From positions 1 through 59,881 of the IMG/VR virus record IMGVR_UViG_3300046001_001163: a stretch of 59,881 bases of DNA, one strand, 5' to 3'. Origin of the DNA: a virus (taxonomy: Duplodnaviria > Caudoviricetes). Both the position numbers and the translations under genes were made by a program. The notes below the pieces were generated by a model, which had not been told where the DNA came from, made no database searches, and saw only the letters and a program-made list of their open reading frames with translations. Each line of letters starts with the position of its first letter. The stretch's first letter is position 1. Below, piece by piece: positions 46,416 to 55,661 of this stretch.

Positions 46416-48076
46416 GCTAATTCTTTACGTGCTCTTGAGTTTACAGCAACTTTGCCTTTACCTACAGTTTTACTTCTACGTTTTTGCACCCTATCTACCA
46501 TTGCTTGCAGGGCTTTAGCCCCAGCTTCAGTAGAACCATTACCTAACTCAGATACAATGCGTGAAGGAATAACAAATTCACCGTCTGCAAGTCTAGCAGG
46601 TTGTTTACCACTGTCTCCTATTTGAGCAGGGATGCTATCACTAACGCCATCACCCGGACCTCTAGTTAGACCTGCAATACCCCCATGAGAGTATCCACCT
46701 AAGTTATCCTGCATAATACCACCAGCGGCTCTTCGTATAGGTTCTACAGGAACTATAGGAGTTACAGGAACTATAGGAGCTACAGGTGCAACCCCTTGAG
46801 CAGTTAATTTTTTAGTTTCATTATTTACTTGCTTTAAAAAACTACTACGGGCCTTAGCATCTTTACCAAATAATGTATCACCTATACCCGGAGCTAGTGC
46901 CTCACCTATAGTAGCTCCGTACAAACTTTTTAATAAATCAGAACCCGGAATACCGCCTGTTAAACCTCCACTAGCAAAGTTTTGTTGTGGTTGCATTTGA
47001 GGTTGTTGCATTTGAGGTTGTTGCATTTGAGGCGGCGGCATTGGAATACCTGCTTGCGGTTGAGCTTGTTGAGTTTGTTGAGCTTGTTGAGCTTGTTGAG
47101 CTTGTTGAGCTTGTTGAGCTTGATCTATACCCATCTGTGCAAAAGGGTTCATAGGTTTAGGCTCTTCTGGTGTATTTTGTATAGACCCATCTACACCTGT
47201 TAATCCACCTTCAGCATAATTATAATATCTAGGTACACGAGTTCTAGGAATCTCAGTGGTATTAGGTTCGTCTGGATCGTATATAGATTCAGGTTGCGAA
47301 GTTGGGGCTAGGGCTGTATTACCACCATCTGAACCTAGTAGAAACGCTCCTCCTGCTCCAAGTAGCCCTGCAGTTGCTAACTTGCCATAGTTATCCTTAA
47401 TAAAATCCCCTGTAGATTGTGTTTCTGGTGTTGGGGATAAAATAGAAGGTTTTCCGGGGTCCACAACTGCATTATTTTTAGCAAACTGTGAGGCAAACTG
47501 TGTACCAGCTTCTGAGTTTGCAAGATCAGGCCCAACAATATTTGGATTATTCGCTACATTTTGTGCGCCTATAGAAAAATCAGGTAAAAGAGTTTCCCCC
47601 TCCCCTATTCCGGGTTTATACCTATCCAAAGCCCCCGCATAGTCAGTAGGTTTCCCTGTAAACCCCATAGGTAATGATTCGGTAAAGTTAGACAGAGCTG
47701 CATTACCTGTATTGGCCCCTTGAGGAAACAAATCTCTTCCGCTCATATTTGGGTCTATAAGAGCTTTGCTTCCAATATCTGGTCCTTTAGCATACCCCCT
47801 CGCGGCTCCAGCTATACCGCCCATTAAGGCTCCTTGTCCTATGTTTTCACCATATGCAGCATTAGCCGCCATACCACCAAGAGCTCCACCTATACCTTCT
47901 GAGGCCATTGCTCCGCCCATAGACGAACTACCCAATGCCCCACCTACAGCACCACCTACGGCACCACTTATTGCGGTTTTTGCTGTGGCCTTTCCTATTT
48001 CGTCTTTATTTTTACCCGCTATTGCTAAAATTGCTGCCTGTACCGCCATTTGAGCTGCTACACTTACAAACGCCAT
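46412..48076 (-). CDS. Internal virion protein with a C-terminal GPGDG.SDSIPA...DGEFVIP domain
   Basis: Gly/Ala-rich hydrophobic N-terminus, Q/P repeats, four xxxGG motifs and a tape-measure-like C-terminal motif. Confidence 0.65.
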   Translation of the reverse strand: MAFVSVAAQMAVQAAILAIAGKNKDEIGKATAKTAISGAVGGAVGGALGSSSMGGAMASEGIGGALGGMAANAAYGENIGQGALMGGIAGAARGYAKGPDIGSKALIDPNMSGRDLFPQGANTGNAALSNFTESLPMGFTGKPTDYAGALDRYKPGIGEGETLLPDFSIGAQNVANNPNIVGPDLANSEAGTQFASQFAKNNAVVDPGKPSILSPTPETQSTGDFIKDNYGKLATAGLLGAGGAFLLGSDGGNTALAPTSQPESIYDPDEPNTTEIPRTRVPRYYNYAEGGLTGVDGSIQNTPEEPKPMNPFAQMGIDQAQQAQQAQQAQQAQQTQQAQPQAGIPMPPPQMQQPQMQQPQMQPQQNFASGGLTGGIPGSDLLKSLYGATIGEALAPGIGDTLFGKDAKARSSFLKQVNNETKKLTAQGVAPVAPIVPVTPIVPVEPIRRAAGGIMQDNLGGYSHGGIAGLTRGPGDGVSDSIPAQIGDSGKQPARLADGEFVIPSRIVSELGNGSTEAGAKALQAMVDRVQKRRSKTVGKGKVAVNSRARKELA

Positions 48077-48495
48077 TATAATGCTCCTAACAGCAGTCGC
48101 TGTTCATATTCTTCAAAAGTATCAGAGACAAGTTCTTGTTCTATGTCGTCAATCTCTGTGTTGGCTGTCTTATGTACGGTGATGAATGTTACATCTGTCT
48201 CTGCATACCCGATGCGTTTAACACCGGGTTTGTCCACCATAATATGTGGAGCAGTTAAGACATAAGAATCAGTACCGTTAGATACTCGAATAGTGCCCTG
48301 TGCTAGGATAGCTATGTTTTCAAAATTGTGAATCTTCCCTGTTAAGATAGTCCCTGCAGGTATGAACATACTCCTTACGTACACGCCGTCAACTTGGTAA
48401 TGCTCAACTGGAAGAGTGACTTGAGGCATCTTTTCTATTTCTTTTTCAATGCGCAGGATTTCTGGCATACTACCTAGTTCCGCCAAGTTGCTCAT
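48076..48495 (-). CDS. Cupin-fold hypothetical protein
   Basis: H....GVY.R...IPAG...TGKIH......GT...D.TFITVH double-stranded beta-helix pattern. Confidence 0.6.
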   Translation of the reverse strand: MSNLAELGSMPEILRIEKEIEKMPQVTLPVEHYQVDGVYVRSMFIPAGTILTGKIHNFENIAILAQGTIRVSNGTDSYVLTAPHIMVDKPGVKRIGYAETDVTFITVHKTANTEIDDIEQELVSDTFEEYEQRLLLGAL

Positions 48496-48527
48496 ATTAA
48501 CCCTTATGTATTGTTTTCAAGAGTTTA

Positions 48528-49187
48528 TCACGCTGGGAGTGCAGATACAAATGTAACAGTTAATATAACGGCAGGTGATTGTGGATGTATGGGAGCAACT
48601 ACTGATGCAGGTACTGTAGCAAGAGAAACTGAAGCATCATCCGCTAACCATATGAGCTCAAGATAATCCCCTGCCTGTACAGGAATCAGTAGATTAAGAG
48701 CTAAGATTGTTTCAGAGTTAACAGACCCACGTTTAACAGGTAAGTTTACAACAGACGATGAATTAGGGATGTCTACCCCATTCTGTCTTACCCACACTTC
48801 TAAAGGATGAATTTGAGCAGCACTGTTAGAAACTTGAATACTAAACGCGTAATTATACACTCCAGCATTAGTTATATAAATACGTGATGTAGGTGTACCT
48901 ATATAGACTTGGCTTGAGTTAGTATTTACACCATTAAATAACACAGGCGCAGATACATTAGCTACAGCTGCCACCGTAGAAGTATCTATAAAAGACCCAT
49001 AGGGGGCACTAAATGCAGTCATACCTACGACACCTAAGATCGCAGATGTTATGTTATCTATAGTATTAAAGTATAGGTGTAAGATATTGCTGTACATATC
49101 CACAGCCCGTGAATCATATACTACAGGAGCTACGGGTAAGTTAGGAGCCTTAGACGCTCTTACTAGGTTTACATTTATGTTAGCCAT
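48528..49187 (-). CDS. Tail-associated protein (needle/spike-like, C-terminal beta-sandwich)
   Basis: 219 aa directly after the nozzle gene; GVYN.AFSIQ...W.RQNG...AGDYLELIW. Confidence 0.55.
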   Translation of the reverse strand: MANINVNLVRASKAPNLPVAPVVYDSRAVDMYSNILHLYFNTIDNITSAILGVVGMTAFSAPYGSFIDTSTVAAVANVSAPVLFNGVNTNSSQVYIGTPTSRIYITNAGVYNYAFSIQVSNSAAQIHPLEVWVRQNGVDIPNSSSVVNLPVKRGSVNSETILALNLLIPVQAGDYLELIWLADDASVSLATVPASVVAPIHPQSPAVILTVTFVSALPA

Positions 49188-49219
49188 AAAACTCCTTTAA
49201 AACACCATCACTATACACG

Positions 49220-51454
49220 TCATCTTCTGCCATCAGGACGCACATCATATCGAGGATGACCTAACTGCCAAGCTACCCCTAACGAATCAGAACCTATTCT
49301 AAAACTCATCTGACGACCTCTTAAGCGAGTATAAACCTGACCTGTAAACTCTTGTACTACGTACACGCTTGAGTTAGGTGGATAAGGTGGAGCAAAGTTG
49401 TCTGCACTAGTAACTAAAGGCGCATCTGCTGTACCATATGGAGCACCAGAATTTTGTCTAGGTTTAATAGTAATAGATACATAAGGATTATTAACAGCCG
49501 AGCCGTTAAAGTTTACGTCAGGCAACATACGCCATACAAACCCAAAGTTTTGCCCATCGCCAATATCAAAGTCAGATGACTGCACGTACGAAACTATTGG
49601 CTCTGTAGTAAGACCTGAGTTATCGTCCACAGAAGACTCGTGATACAACATACGATTATTATAATCTGCAGCCATTGGGAATGGACGTATACCTGAGTCT
49701 ATCCATGCTGAACGAGACATAGTGCCAGAATACCAAACCTGATCTACATAATTATAAATAACATACCTATCAATAACGGTTGTATCTTCAGAGCAATAAA
49801 ACCACCACACTTCGTTATAACCAGAGTTACCACCAGCAAATACTTGATACCCTTGTACTGAGTTAAGGTCTTCAAATACATACTGTTTTAATGTACAAGG
49901 CAGTGTATTTACTGTACCGTTATACATATAGAACTTATCAAGCCCCATCCAGTACGTCACATTGTTTATACTAACAGCCGCATTAGGAGAGATAATAGAG
50001 ATGTTATCCATCAATACATCAAACTTGTACACGTAGGGTGGCCCTAAGTACTGCATAGAGTAAAGGCAAGAATCCGTCCATATTAAGTTTTCAACACGGG
50101 CTACTTGCGCCGCTACAATGAAAGACCCATGTGTAAGCCTAAACTCACCAGACTGATTAGTAATAGCTGGAACCCATTGGTATGGGTTAGCTTGATCTGA
50201 CCAACGTACAAGCATAGGGTCAAATGTTGTTGGAGTAACGTTTTGTGCAGCTGAATATGGGTTTGATCCAAAGGCTATTACAAAACGCTGTAGGGCTGAA
50301 GCAAGTATTTGATTAGTAGCCGTAGGGACAAATACACCATAGCCTATACCTGCGGGTGTATTACCTAAAGCAGCGGTAGATAACGTAGCTAATAGTTGTG
50401 CCCTAACAGATACACCTGTAACATCTGCCCAATAGTAAATAGCTCCACCACGAGGTGCTATAACAAGGTCTTGTCCATAGTTGTCATTAGACCAAAGACG
50501 AAGCTGTTGACCAATACCAGTAATATAAGCAGTCCCCCATCCATGAACTGTTCCAGAGTTTTTATACACAGTAACTGCGCCGCCTGATGCTGCAGTTGAA
50601 GAAGTGGTATAGGTTAGTGAGCCTATGACTGTAGATATAGTATAAGTATTAACACCTACATAAGTTATTTGAAATGCTTTTTGTAGTACTACATTAGATA
50701 TACCGCAAGCATTAGCCGCAATACTTGAGAAATAAACAGAATCACCAGTAATTAAACCGTGCGCTGTTTGAGTTACTGTAAGTACAGATATACCCGTAGC
50801 TGTGGCTGTAAATGGGTTTGTAAGTGTAGTAGCCACATAAGGAGAAAAAGGACCTGCGCCCCAACCTGTGCCAATAACATAAACATCCAAACCTGTTAAG
50901 ATTTGGAACACTGCAGTTATACCTGCACCTCCATTTGTTACAGCACTTGTGGCAGTTGTAGCAACAACTATACTGAAGTTATTAGAATCAATAAAAGTTA
51001 TTTGATGCTCAGTATTTAAATCACCAGCAGGTACTCCACCTACAGCAGTTGAACCAGAAAAGGTAACGAAATCGTCTTGTGTTGCGCCATGTGCAGTGAT
51101 AGTAACTTTTACAACGTTAGAGCTAGTAGTCGTAGTAAAACAGTTATTAGTAGCAGGTGAAGTAAATGTAGCTCTAATAGGAGTAATATCATTATATGTA
51201 CCCCCTTGTTCAATGTAGTACTTAAGGTTAGTACCTACGCCCAGATAATTTGAACCACCAAAGTCAATCCAATTCCATAGTGCACGAGCTGTGCCTTGAT
51301 ACGTAGAGTCAGATAAACGTGACCAACCGCCTATCTTTTCAGGATAACCAGAACGAAAGCGTATCTTATCACCATCGTACCAACCACCCTCATTTCCATA
51401 ATTTGTTGATTCTCTGTTAAGTCCCGGTGTTAGTACTAACTTCTGTAATGGCAT
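49220..51454 (-). CDS. Tail nozzle/head-closure protein (P22 gp10/T7 gp12-like)
   Basis: 744 aa; RFRSGYPEKIGGW, VRWSDQ and NEVWWFY beta-propeller-type motifs; two inserted AHG...GD.V beta-barrel domains. Confidence 0.7.
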   Translation of the reverse strand: MPLQKLVLTPGLNRESTNYGNEGGWYDGDKIRFRSGYPEKIGGWSRLSDSTYQGTARALWNWIDFGGSNYLGVGTNLKYYIEQGGTYNDITPIRATFTSPATNNCFTTTTSSNVVKVTITAHGATQDDFVTFSGSTAVGGVPAGDLNTEHQITFIDSNNFSIVVATTATSAVTNGGAGITAVFQILTGLDVYVIGTGWGAGPFSPYVATTLTNPFTATATGISVLTVTQTAHGLITGDSVYFSSIAANACGISNVVLQKAFQITYVGVNTYTISTVIGSLTYTTSSTAASGGAVTVYKNSGTVHGWGTAYITGIGQQLRLWSNDNYGQDLVIAPRGGAIYYWADVTGVSVRAQLLATLSTAALGNTPAGIGYGVFVPTATNQILASALQRFVIAFGSNPYSAAQNVTPTTFDPMLVRWSDQANPYQWVPAITNQSGEFRLTHGSFIVAAQVARVENLIWTDSCLYSMQYLGPPYVYKFDVLMDNISIISPNAAVSINNVTYWMGLDKFYMYNGTVNTLPCTLKQYVFEDLNSVQGYQVFAGGNSGYNEVWWFYCSEDTTVIDRYVIYNYVDQVWYSGTMSRSAWIDSGIRPFPMAADYNNRMLYHESSVDDNSGLTTEPIVSYVQSSDFDIGDGQNFGFVWRMLPDVNFNGSAVNNPYVSITIKPRQNSGAPYGTADAPLVTSADNFAPPYPPNSSVYVVQEFTGQVYTRLRGRQMSFRIGSDSLGVAWQLGHPRYDVRPDGRR

Positions 51455-51457
51455 AGT

Positions 51458-51994
51458 CTATCCTATTAATGTCTTAGCTGTTGCATCAACAGCACTAGTA
51501 CGTGCCAACCAACCTTTACCGTATATATTGAAAGAAGGAATAGCTCTATAAAATACTTCTTTAGCGTTTGTGTACTTATTAATAAGTTCTTTTGAATCTA
51601 TAGCTTTTACTGCTGTAAGTGTTTTAGGACCTATAGCGCCGTCTGCTGGTACACCTGCAACTGTTTGCAATGTCTTTATAGCGCGTCCGGCCCCTGCGTT
51701 GATAGCAAAATCAAAAGCAAGATAGTCAACGCCGCTGGGTAAATCATTTCCATGTACTGCATCCCAATACCTACGTTTATAAAATGGAGCTACCTTATCA
51801 GGTGTTAGAGCTTTCATATCTGCAGTGCTAACTTTATGCCCTACATACGCTTCCCACACTGCTTGAGTTACGCCTAAATTAGTACAGCCTTTTCTACCAT
51901 CAGGCAGTCTATTACCATTATCTCTAGGGTCGTCTTGAAAACCACCTTCACTTTTAAGGATATGATCTAGTGAAGATTTAAAATTAGTTTCCAT
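51458..51994 (-). CDS. Endolysin, glycoside hydrolase family 108 with peptidoglycan-binding C-terminus
   Basis: EGG catalytic motif, DPRD, TNLGVT, FD.AINAG, DGAIGPKT, GKGWLAR. Confidence 0.9.
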   Translation of the reverse strand: METNFKSSLDHILKSEGGFQDDPRDNGNRLPDGRKGCTNLGVTQAVWEAYVGHKVSTADMKALTPDKVAPFYKRRYWDAVHGNDLPSGVDYLAFDFAINAGAGRAIKTLQTVAGVPADGAIGPKTLTAVKAIDSKELINKYTNAKEVFYRAIPSFNIYGKGWLARTSAVDATAKTLIG

Positions 51995-51995
51995 A

Positions 51996-53756
51996 TTACT
52001 CGTACATTACGTTAGCATAACCACCATCAAAAATTTGCGTACCGTTAATATAAAATCTAATTGCAGTTAAAAGTGATGGCATTGATATTGACGAAGATGT
52101 AAAACATAATCGGGCAACATTTGTTTGAGAGCCTAGTAATGTTCCTACCCATTCATTACTCATCAGAGTTAATGTTAAGCACCCTTGATAAGTATCTGCT
52201 GCTACCGCACTGTTGCCCGTAAGATTTATCCCTGCTGAAATTAATGAAGCAGAGGGGCTCGATTGAAACATATCGGTAGCGCCATCGTAACCAGAGGTTA
52301 AATAAGTAGTAGCACCATAACCTAGTTGGATTAATGGAGGTGCGGTTCCATTTGTAGAAAGCCCAGTATATGTCACAGTAATGCGTTTAACCCAAGATGG
52401 AATACCTGTAAAATTAACGGCTGAATTTGGACTAAGGCCTTGAGCTGGGAAATCAGTCAACACGCCTACACCGATTGGTGTACCAGAAATTATTGGAGAA
52501 GCAAGAGTAGGGTAATTAAGAGTAGGTGAAGTACCAAATACAGCACTGCCAGAGCCTGTCTCATTAGTAAGAGCAGTTGCTAGTTGAGCTGAAGTAAAAG
52601 ACCCTAGAGAAGTTACATTACTACCACTAGAAGTTACTGCACCTGAAAGATTAGCATTAGTAACAACAGTAGTTGCATTACCAACAGAAGTTACACCCCC
52701 AGTAAGATTGGCATTAGTAACAACAGTAGTTGCATTACCAACAGAAGTTACATCCCCAGTAAGATTGGCATTAGTAACAACAGTAGTTGCATTACCAACA
52801 GAGGTTACACTTCCAGTAAGATTGGCATTGGTAGTAACATTACCAGCAGTTAAGCCAGAAGCAGTTCCAGTAATATTAGTACCTACAAGAGCCGATGGGG
52901 TTCCAAGAGCCGGAGTTACTAAAGTAGGGCTTGTTGCAAATACAGCACTGCCAGAGCCTGTCTCATCTGTAAGAGCTGTAGCGAGGTTAGCTGAAGTAAA
53001 AGACCCTAAAGAAGCAGCATTGCCTACAGAAGTTACCATACCAGTTAAGTTAGCATTAGTAACAACAGTAGTTGCATTACCCACAGAAGTAACTGCACCA
53101 GTAAGATTAGCGTTAGTAGTAACCGTAGCCGCATTCCCTCCAATAGAAAGCCCTGCAGCCGTACCAGTAATATTAGTACCTACAAGAACCGTTGGCGTAC
53201 CTAAATTTGGTGCAGTTAATGTAGGAGAAGTTAATGTTTTATTAGTTAAAGTCTGAGTGCCTGTTAATGTTGCAACTGTAGAATCAATACTTACAGTGTT
53301 TGTAGCCCCTACTGTTGCTATAGAAATCCCTGTACCAGCTGCTACAGCAGTTTGATTAACAGCTAAGTTAAAATTAGTTCCATCACAATAGACTATACTA
53401 GTAGCGCCATTTGATATCGAGACACTTGAGCCAGTAGCCGCTTTAATATTAATAGCAAAGCCACCAGTGGTGTTATTCTTTATAGTATAAGTTTTTGCAA
53501 CAAGTGGCGCTATAATATCCCTAGCTGCGGTATTAGTACCACTAACAACTAAAACTGCTTTCCGAGCTTCATCTGATACACCATTAAAATTAGATAATGT
53601 GTAGTTAACATCAAACATTGTTATATCTTGAACACCTACAATAGACTGCTCTAAAAGAGTACCTAAGTTAGTATTAGTAGTGGTGCCCCAAGTACCAGAC
53701 TGTTCTCCAGAACCAATTAATTCTAGACGTAATGAGGGACTATATGTACTTGGCAT
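51996..53756 (-). CDS. Tail fibre protein 1
   Basis: N-terminal GEQSGTWGTTTNTNL anchor; TQTLTNKTLTSP and TDETGSGSAVFATSPTL fibre motifs; 19-aa repeats. Confidence 0.8.
   Translation of the reverse strand: MPSTYSPSLRLELIGSGEQSGTWGTTTNTNLGTLLEQSIVGVQDITMFDVNYTLSNFNGVSDEARKAVLVVSGTNTAARDIIAPLVAKTYTIKNNTTGGFAINIKAATGSSVSISNGATSIVYCDGTNFNLAVNQTAVAAGTGISIATVGATNTVSIDSTVATLTGTQTLTNKTLTSPTLTAPNLGTPTVLVGTNITGTAAGLSIGGNAATVTTNANLTGAVTSVGNATTVVTNANLTGMVTSVGNAASLGSFTSANLATALTDETGSGSAVFATSPTLVTPALGTPSALVGTNITGTASGLTAGNVTTNANLTGSVTSVGNATTVVTNANLTGDVTSVGNATTVVTNANLTGGVTSVGNATTVVTNANLSGAVTSSGSNVTSLGSFTSAQLATALTNETGSGSAVFGTSPTLNYPTLASPIISGTPIGVGVLTDFPAQGLSPNSAVNFTGIPSWVKRITVTYTGLSTNGTAPPLIQLGYGATTYLTSGYDGATDMFQSSPSASLISAGINLTGNSAVAADTYQGCLTLTLMSNEWVGTLLGSQTNVARLCFTSSSISMPSLLTAIRFYINGTQIFDGGYANVMYE
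52649..52830 (-). repeat. 57-bp tandem repeats (TSVGNATTVVTNANLTG.V)
   Basis: About 3 near-identical units with period 57; a further copy near 53045-53120. Confidence 0.85.
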
Positions 53757-53777
53757 CTTTTTATCCTTTATTAATTG

Positions 53778-54536
53778 TTAACAACATGATGTAACATTAT
53801 CGTTTACATCAGTCCAAATTGTAGTTTGAGTATTATTAATGTTACCCCATGTTGTAGCTTGGTCATCATATATAGGCGACCATCCTATTTTTGCAGGGAT
53901 TAATTTACCACTTGATTCAGCAAACGCTAATTCAGCAAAGCTTTCTGTACTATATGTTTGTGGCTGATAAGACTGCTGGTCATTATCTATCTTAATCCAT
54001 CCAGCGGCACACTGACAGTCTGTTAACACAACTTGCTCTAAACAACTAGGTTTAAATTGAGCTAAAACTGATTCAACAGAAGATAGGCTTAAAGACTCTA
54101 CACTTACACCTACAAACCCTACCTGTACAGCATTTACATCTGTTAAAGTAATGCTCTCAACTTGAGAAACACTATACTGAAACCCGCCAACTTGTATCTC
54201 AGTTAAAGTTTGACTATTGGCTTGTGTTGCTACAAAAGCAGCAATTACATCTTCTAATGTACTTAGTGTTACAGCACTACTGTTTTCAGTTACAGGAAAA
54301 TCTTGTACAGCCGTCTCTACATTACTTAATGTTTGAGTTTCAGTTAAGCTTCCTATGAACGCTGCAAGTACATCAGTTGTGTCTGTTAAAGTCTGAGTGT
54401 TAACCTGTGTCCCTACAAACTGAGCAGAGCCTGTTTGAATATCTGTTAAAGATATAGTCTCGCTAACACTATCGACATAATCAATAATACCTAATCCAGC
54501 AAATGTAGACTGCGCAAACGAGGTTATAGCAAACAT
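53778..54536 (-). CDS. Virion-associated hypothetical protein with ~19-aa periodic repeats
   Basis: Recurrent E/Q.(I/L)TL(T/S)D units; C-terminal W..I.D.Q.T.W repeats. Confidence 0.55.
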   Translation of the reverse strand: MFAITSFAQSTFAGLGIIDYVDSVSETISLTDIQTGSAQFVGTQVNTQTLTDTTDVLAAFIGSLTETQTLSNVETAVQDFPVTENSSAVTLSTLEDVIAAFVATQANSQTLTEIQVGGFQYSVSQVESITLTDVNAVQVGFVGVSVESLSLSSVESVLAQFKPSCLEQVVLTDCQCAAGWIKIDNDQQSYQPQTYSTESFAELAFAESSGKLIPAKIGWSPIYDDQATTWGNINNTQTTIWTDVNDNVTSCC

Positions 54537-55015
54537 TACTTACTTATCCCACAGTTATTATCCACCACAAACTTTTGGCATAGTATAGCATACGCACTTA
54601 TTTCGTCTGCTCGGTAGGCTTCAGACTTGAGAAATTCCGTAAGTTCGTTTGAAAGTTCGTGTCTATCTTCAGTGGCTCCAGCAGTGGGGTTGGTATTATC
54701 ACCTTTTGTTGCGGTGCAACTACTACTTTTCCTGCTGTTGTCGTACATGCGCACAGACTTAAAACTATCGTGCTGGCTGTTAATTGCGTTAATCGCTGAG
54801 ACATTAGCATCCTCCAATTCTTTATTAAGTTTTAAGGCTTCTGTATGGGCCTTATCCGCTTCTTCAGTTAGAGTCGCTAGTTGTATGTCAGCTTCTCGGT
54901 TCATAGTAGAGATGCTCTCTGCCATCTCTCTAATTTCTGCTTGTGATACTTTATAAGCAAAACCATATCCAGAGGCAAAACTCGCAACAATAATACCAAC
55001 GAATAAGTATGGCAT
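54536..55015 (-). CDS. Rz-like inner-membrane spanin
   Basis: N-terminal TM helix, coiled coil, C-terminal AYRADE....LCQKFV. Confidence 0.8.
   Translation of the reverse strand: MPYLFVGIIVASFASGYGFAYKVSQAEIREMAESISTMNREADIQLATLTEEADKAHTEALKLNKELEDANVSAINAINSQHDSFKSVRMYDNSRKSSSCTATKGDNTNPTAGATEDRHELSNELTEFLKSEAYRADEISAYAILCQKFVVDNNCGISK
54598..54810 (-). CDS. Rz1-like outer-membrane lipoprotein spanin, embedded in Rz
   Basis: Fully nested in an alternate frame; GGAGG upstream; signal peptide with lipobox-like LSLCAC; Pro-rich mature part. Confidence 0.75.
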   Translation of the reverse strand: MLMSQRLTQLTASTIVLSLCACTTTAGKVVVAPQQKVIIPTPLLEPLKIDTNFQTNLRNFSSLKPTEQTK

Positions 55016-55176
55016 CAGTCTTTTAGTATCACACCTAAGCCACCAGCAACCCCGCCAGCGAGTAGTAATAATTGGTCTACAGGTTTACCTAGGAAAACAA
55101 ATACACTTCCTATTACAGCAGTTGCAACCCATATGATACCTCGTTTAGTGGAGGCTTCAGACCATTCTATTTTCAT
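55015..55176 (-). CDS. Putative holin (53 aa, two TM segments)
   Basis: Read by hand: MKIEWSEASTKRGIIWVATAVIGSVFVFLGKPVDQLLLLAGGVAGGLGVILKD; directly upstream of Rz. Confidence 0.65.
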   Translation of the reverse strand: MKIEWSEASTKRGIIWVATAVIGSVFVFLGKPVDQLLLLAGGVAGGLGVILKD

Positions 55177-55328
55177 TCTACTACTTCTTCTTTTGGTAAC
55201 GCCTCAACTTGTGGTATTGCTTGGGCTTTAATCTTTTCCACTAACTCTGCTACTTGTGCATAAGGTGCTTGACCTAACGCTTGTAGGATAAGGTTAATTT
55301 CTTGTACGCTTAAGTTTAAATCAATCAT
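55173..55328 (-). CDS. Small hypothetical protein (51 aa)
   Basis: Read by hand: MIDLNLSVQEINLILQALGQAPYAQVAELVEKIKAQAIPQVEALPKEEVVE. Confidence 0.65.
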   Translation of the reverse strand: MIDLNLSVQEINLILQALGQAPYAQVAELVEKIKAQAIPQVEALPKEEVVE

Positions 55329-55330
55329 TT

Positions 55331-55660
55331 TTATACAATCCAAGGTAGAGGTGGAGTGACGATAGTCGGGTTAATTTGTGCTTCAATTTGGTCAGCAACA
55401 GACTTTTCATAAGAGGCAACTTGTTCTTCGCCCAATGATGCTTGTGTCCAAGCAATAACTTCTTCCAAAGTTAAATCTTCGTAAGGGGTATAGTCAGGTT
55501 TATCAGGATCAACTTCAAATGACGCTGTGCCGTATACTGAGCCTGTGTAAGTACCGTCTGTAGCAGTTAAAGTCCAGTGGCTTGTTACCACATAATCAAG
55601 CATACCGTTGACATCAGGTTTGCAGTTCATTGCTACGATATTCCAAGTGTTTGTAATCAT
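55331..55660 (-). CDS. Putative tail fibre assembly/chaperone protein
   Basis: 109 aa after the fibre gene; PYEDLT.EEVIAW...PLPW. Confidence 0.55.
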   Translation of the reverse strand: MITNTWNIVAMNCKPDVNGMLDYVVTSHWTLTATDGTYTGSVYGTASFEVDPDKPDYTPYEDLTLEEVIAWTQASLGEEQVASYEKSVADQIEAQINPTIVTPPLPWIV

Positions 55661-55661
55661 T

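Noticed and set aside
46985-47125. 9-bp and 15-bp microsatellite-like repeats
   Set aside because: In-frame QQA and QPQMQ low-complexity linker; unit lengths are multiples of 3, so no on/off phase variation.
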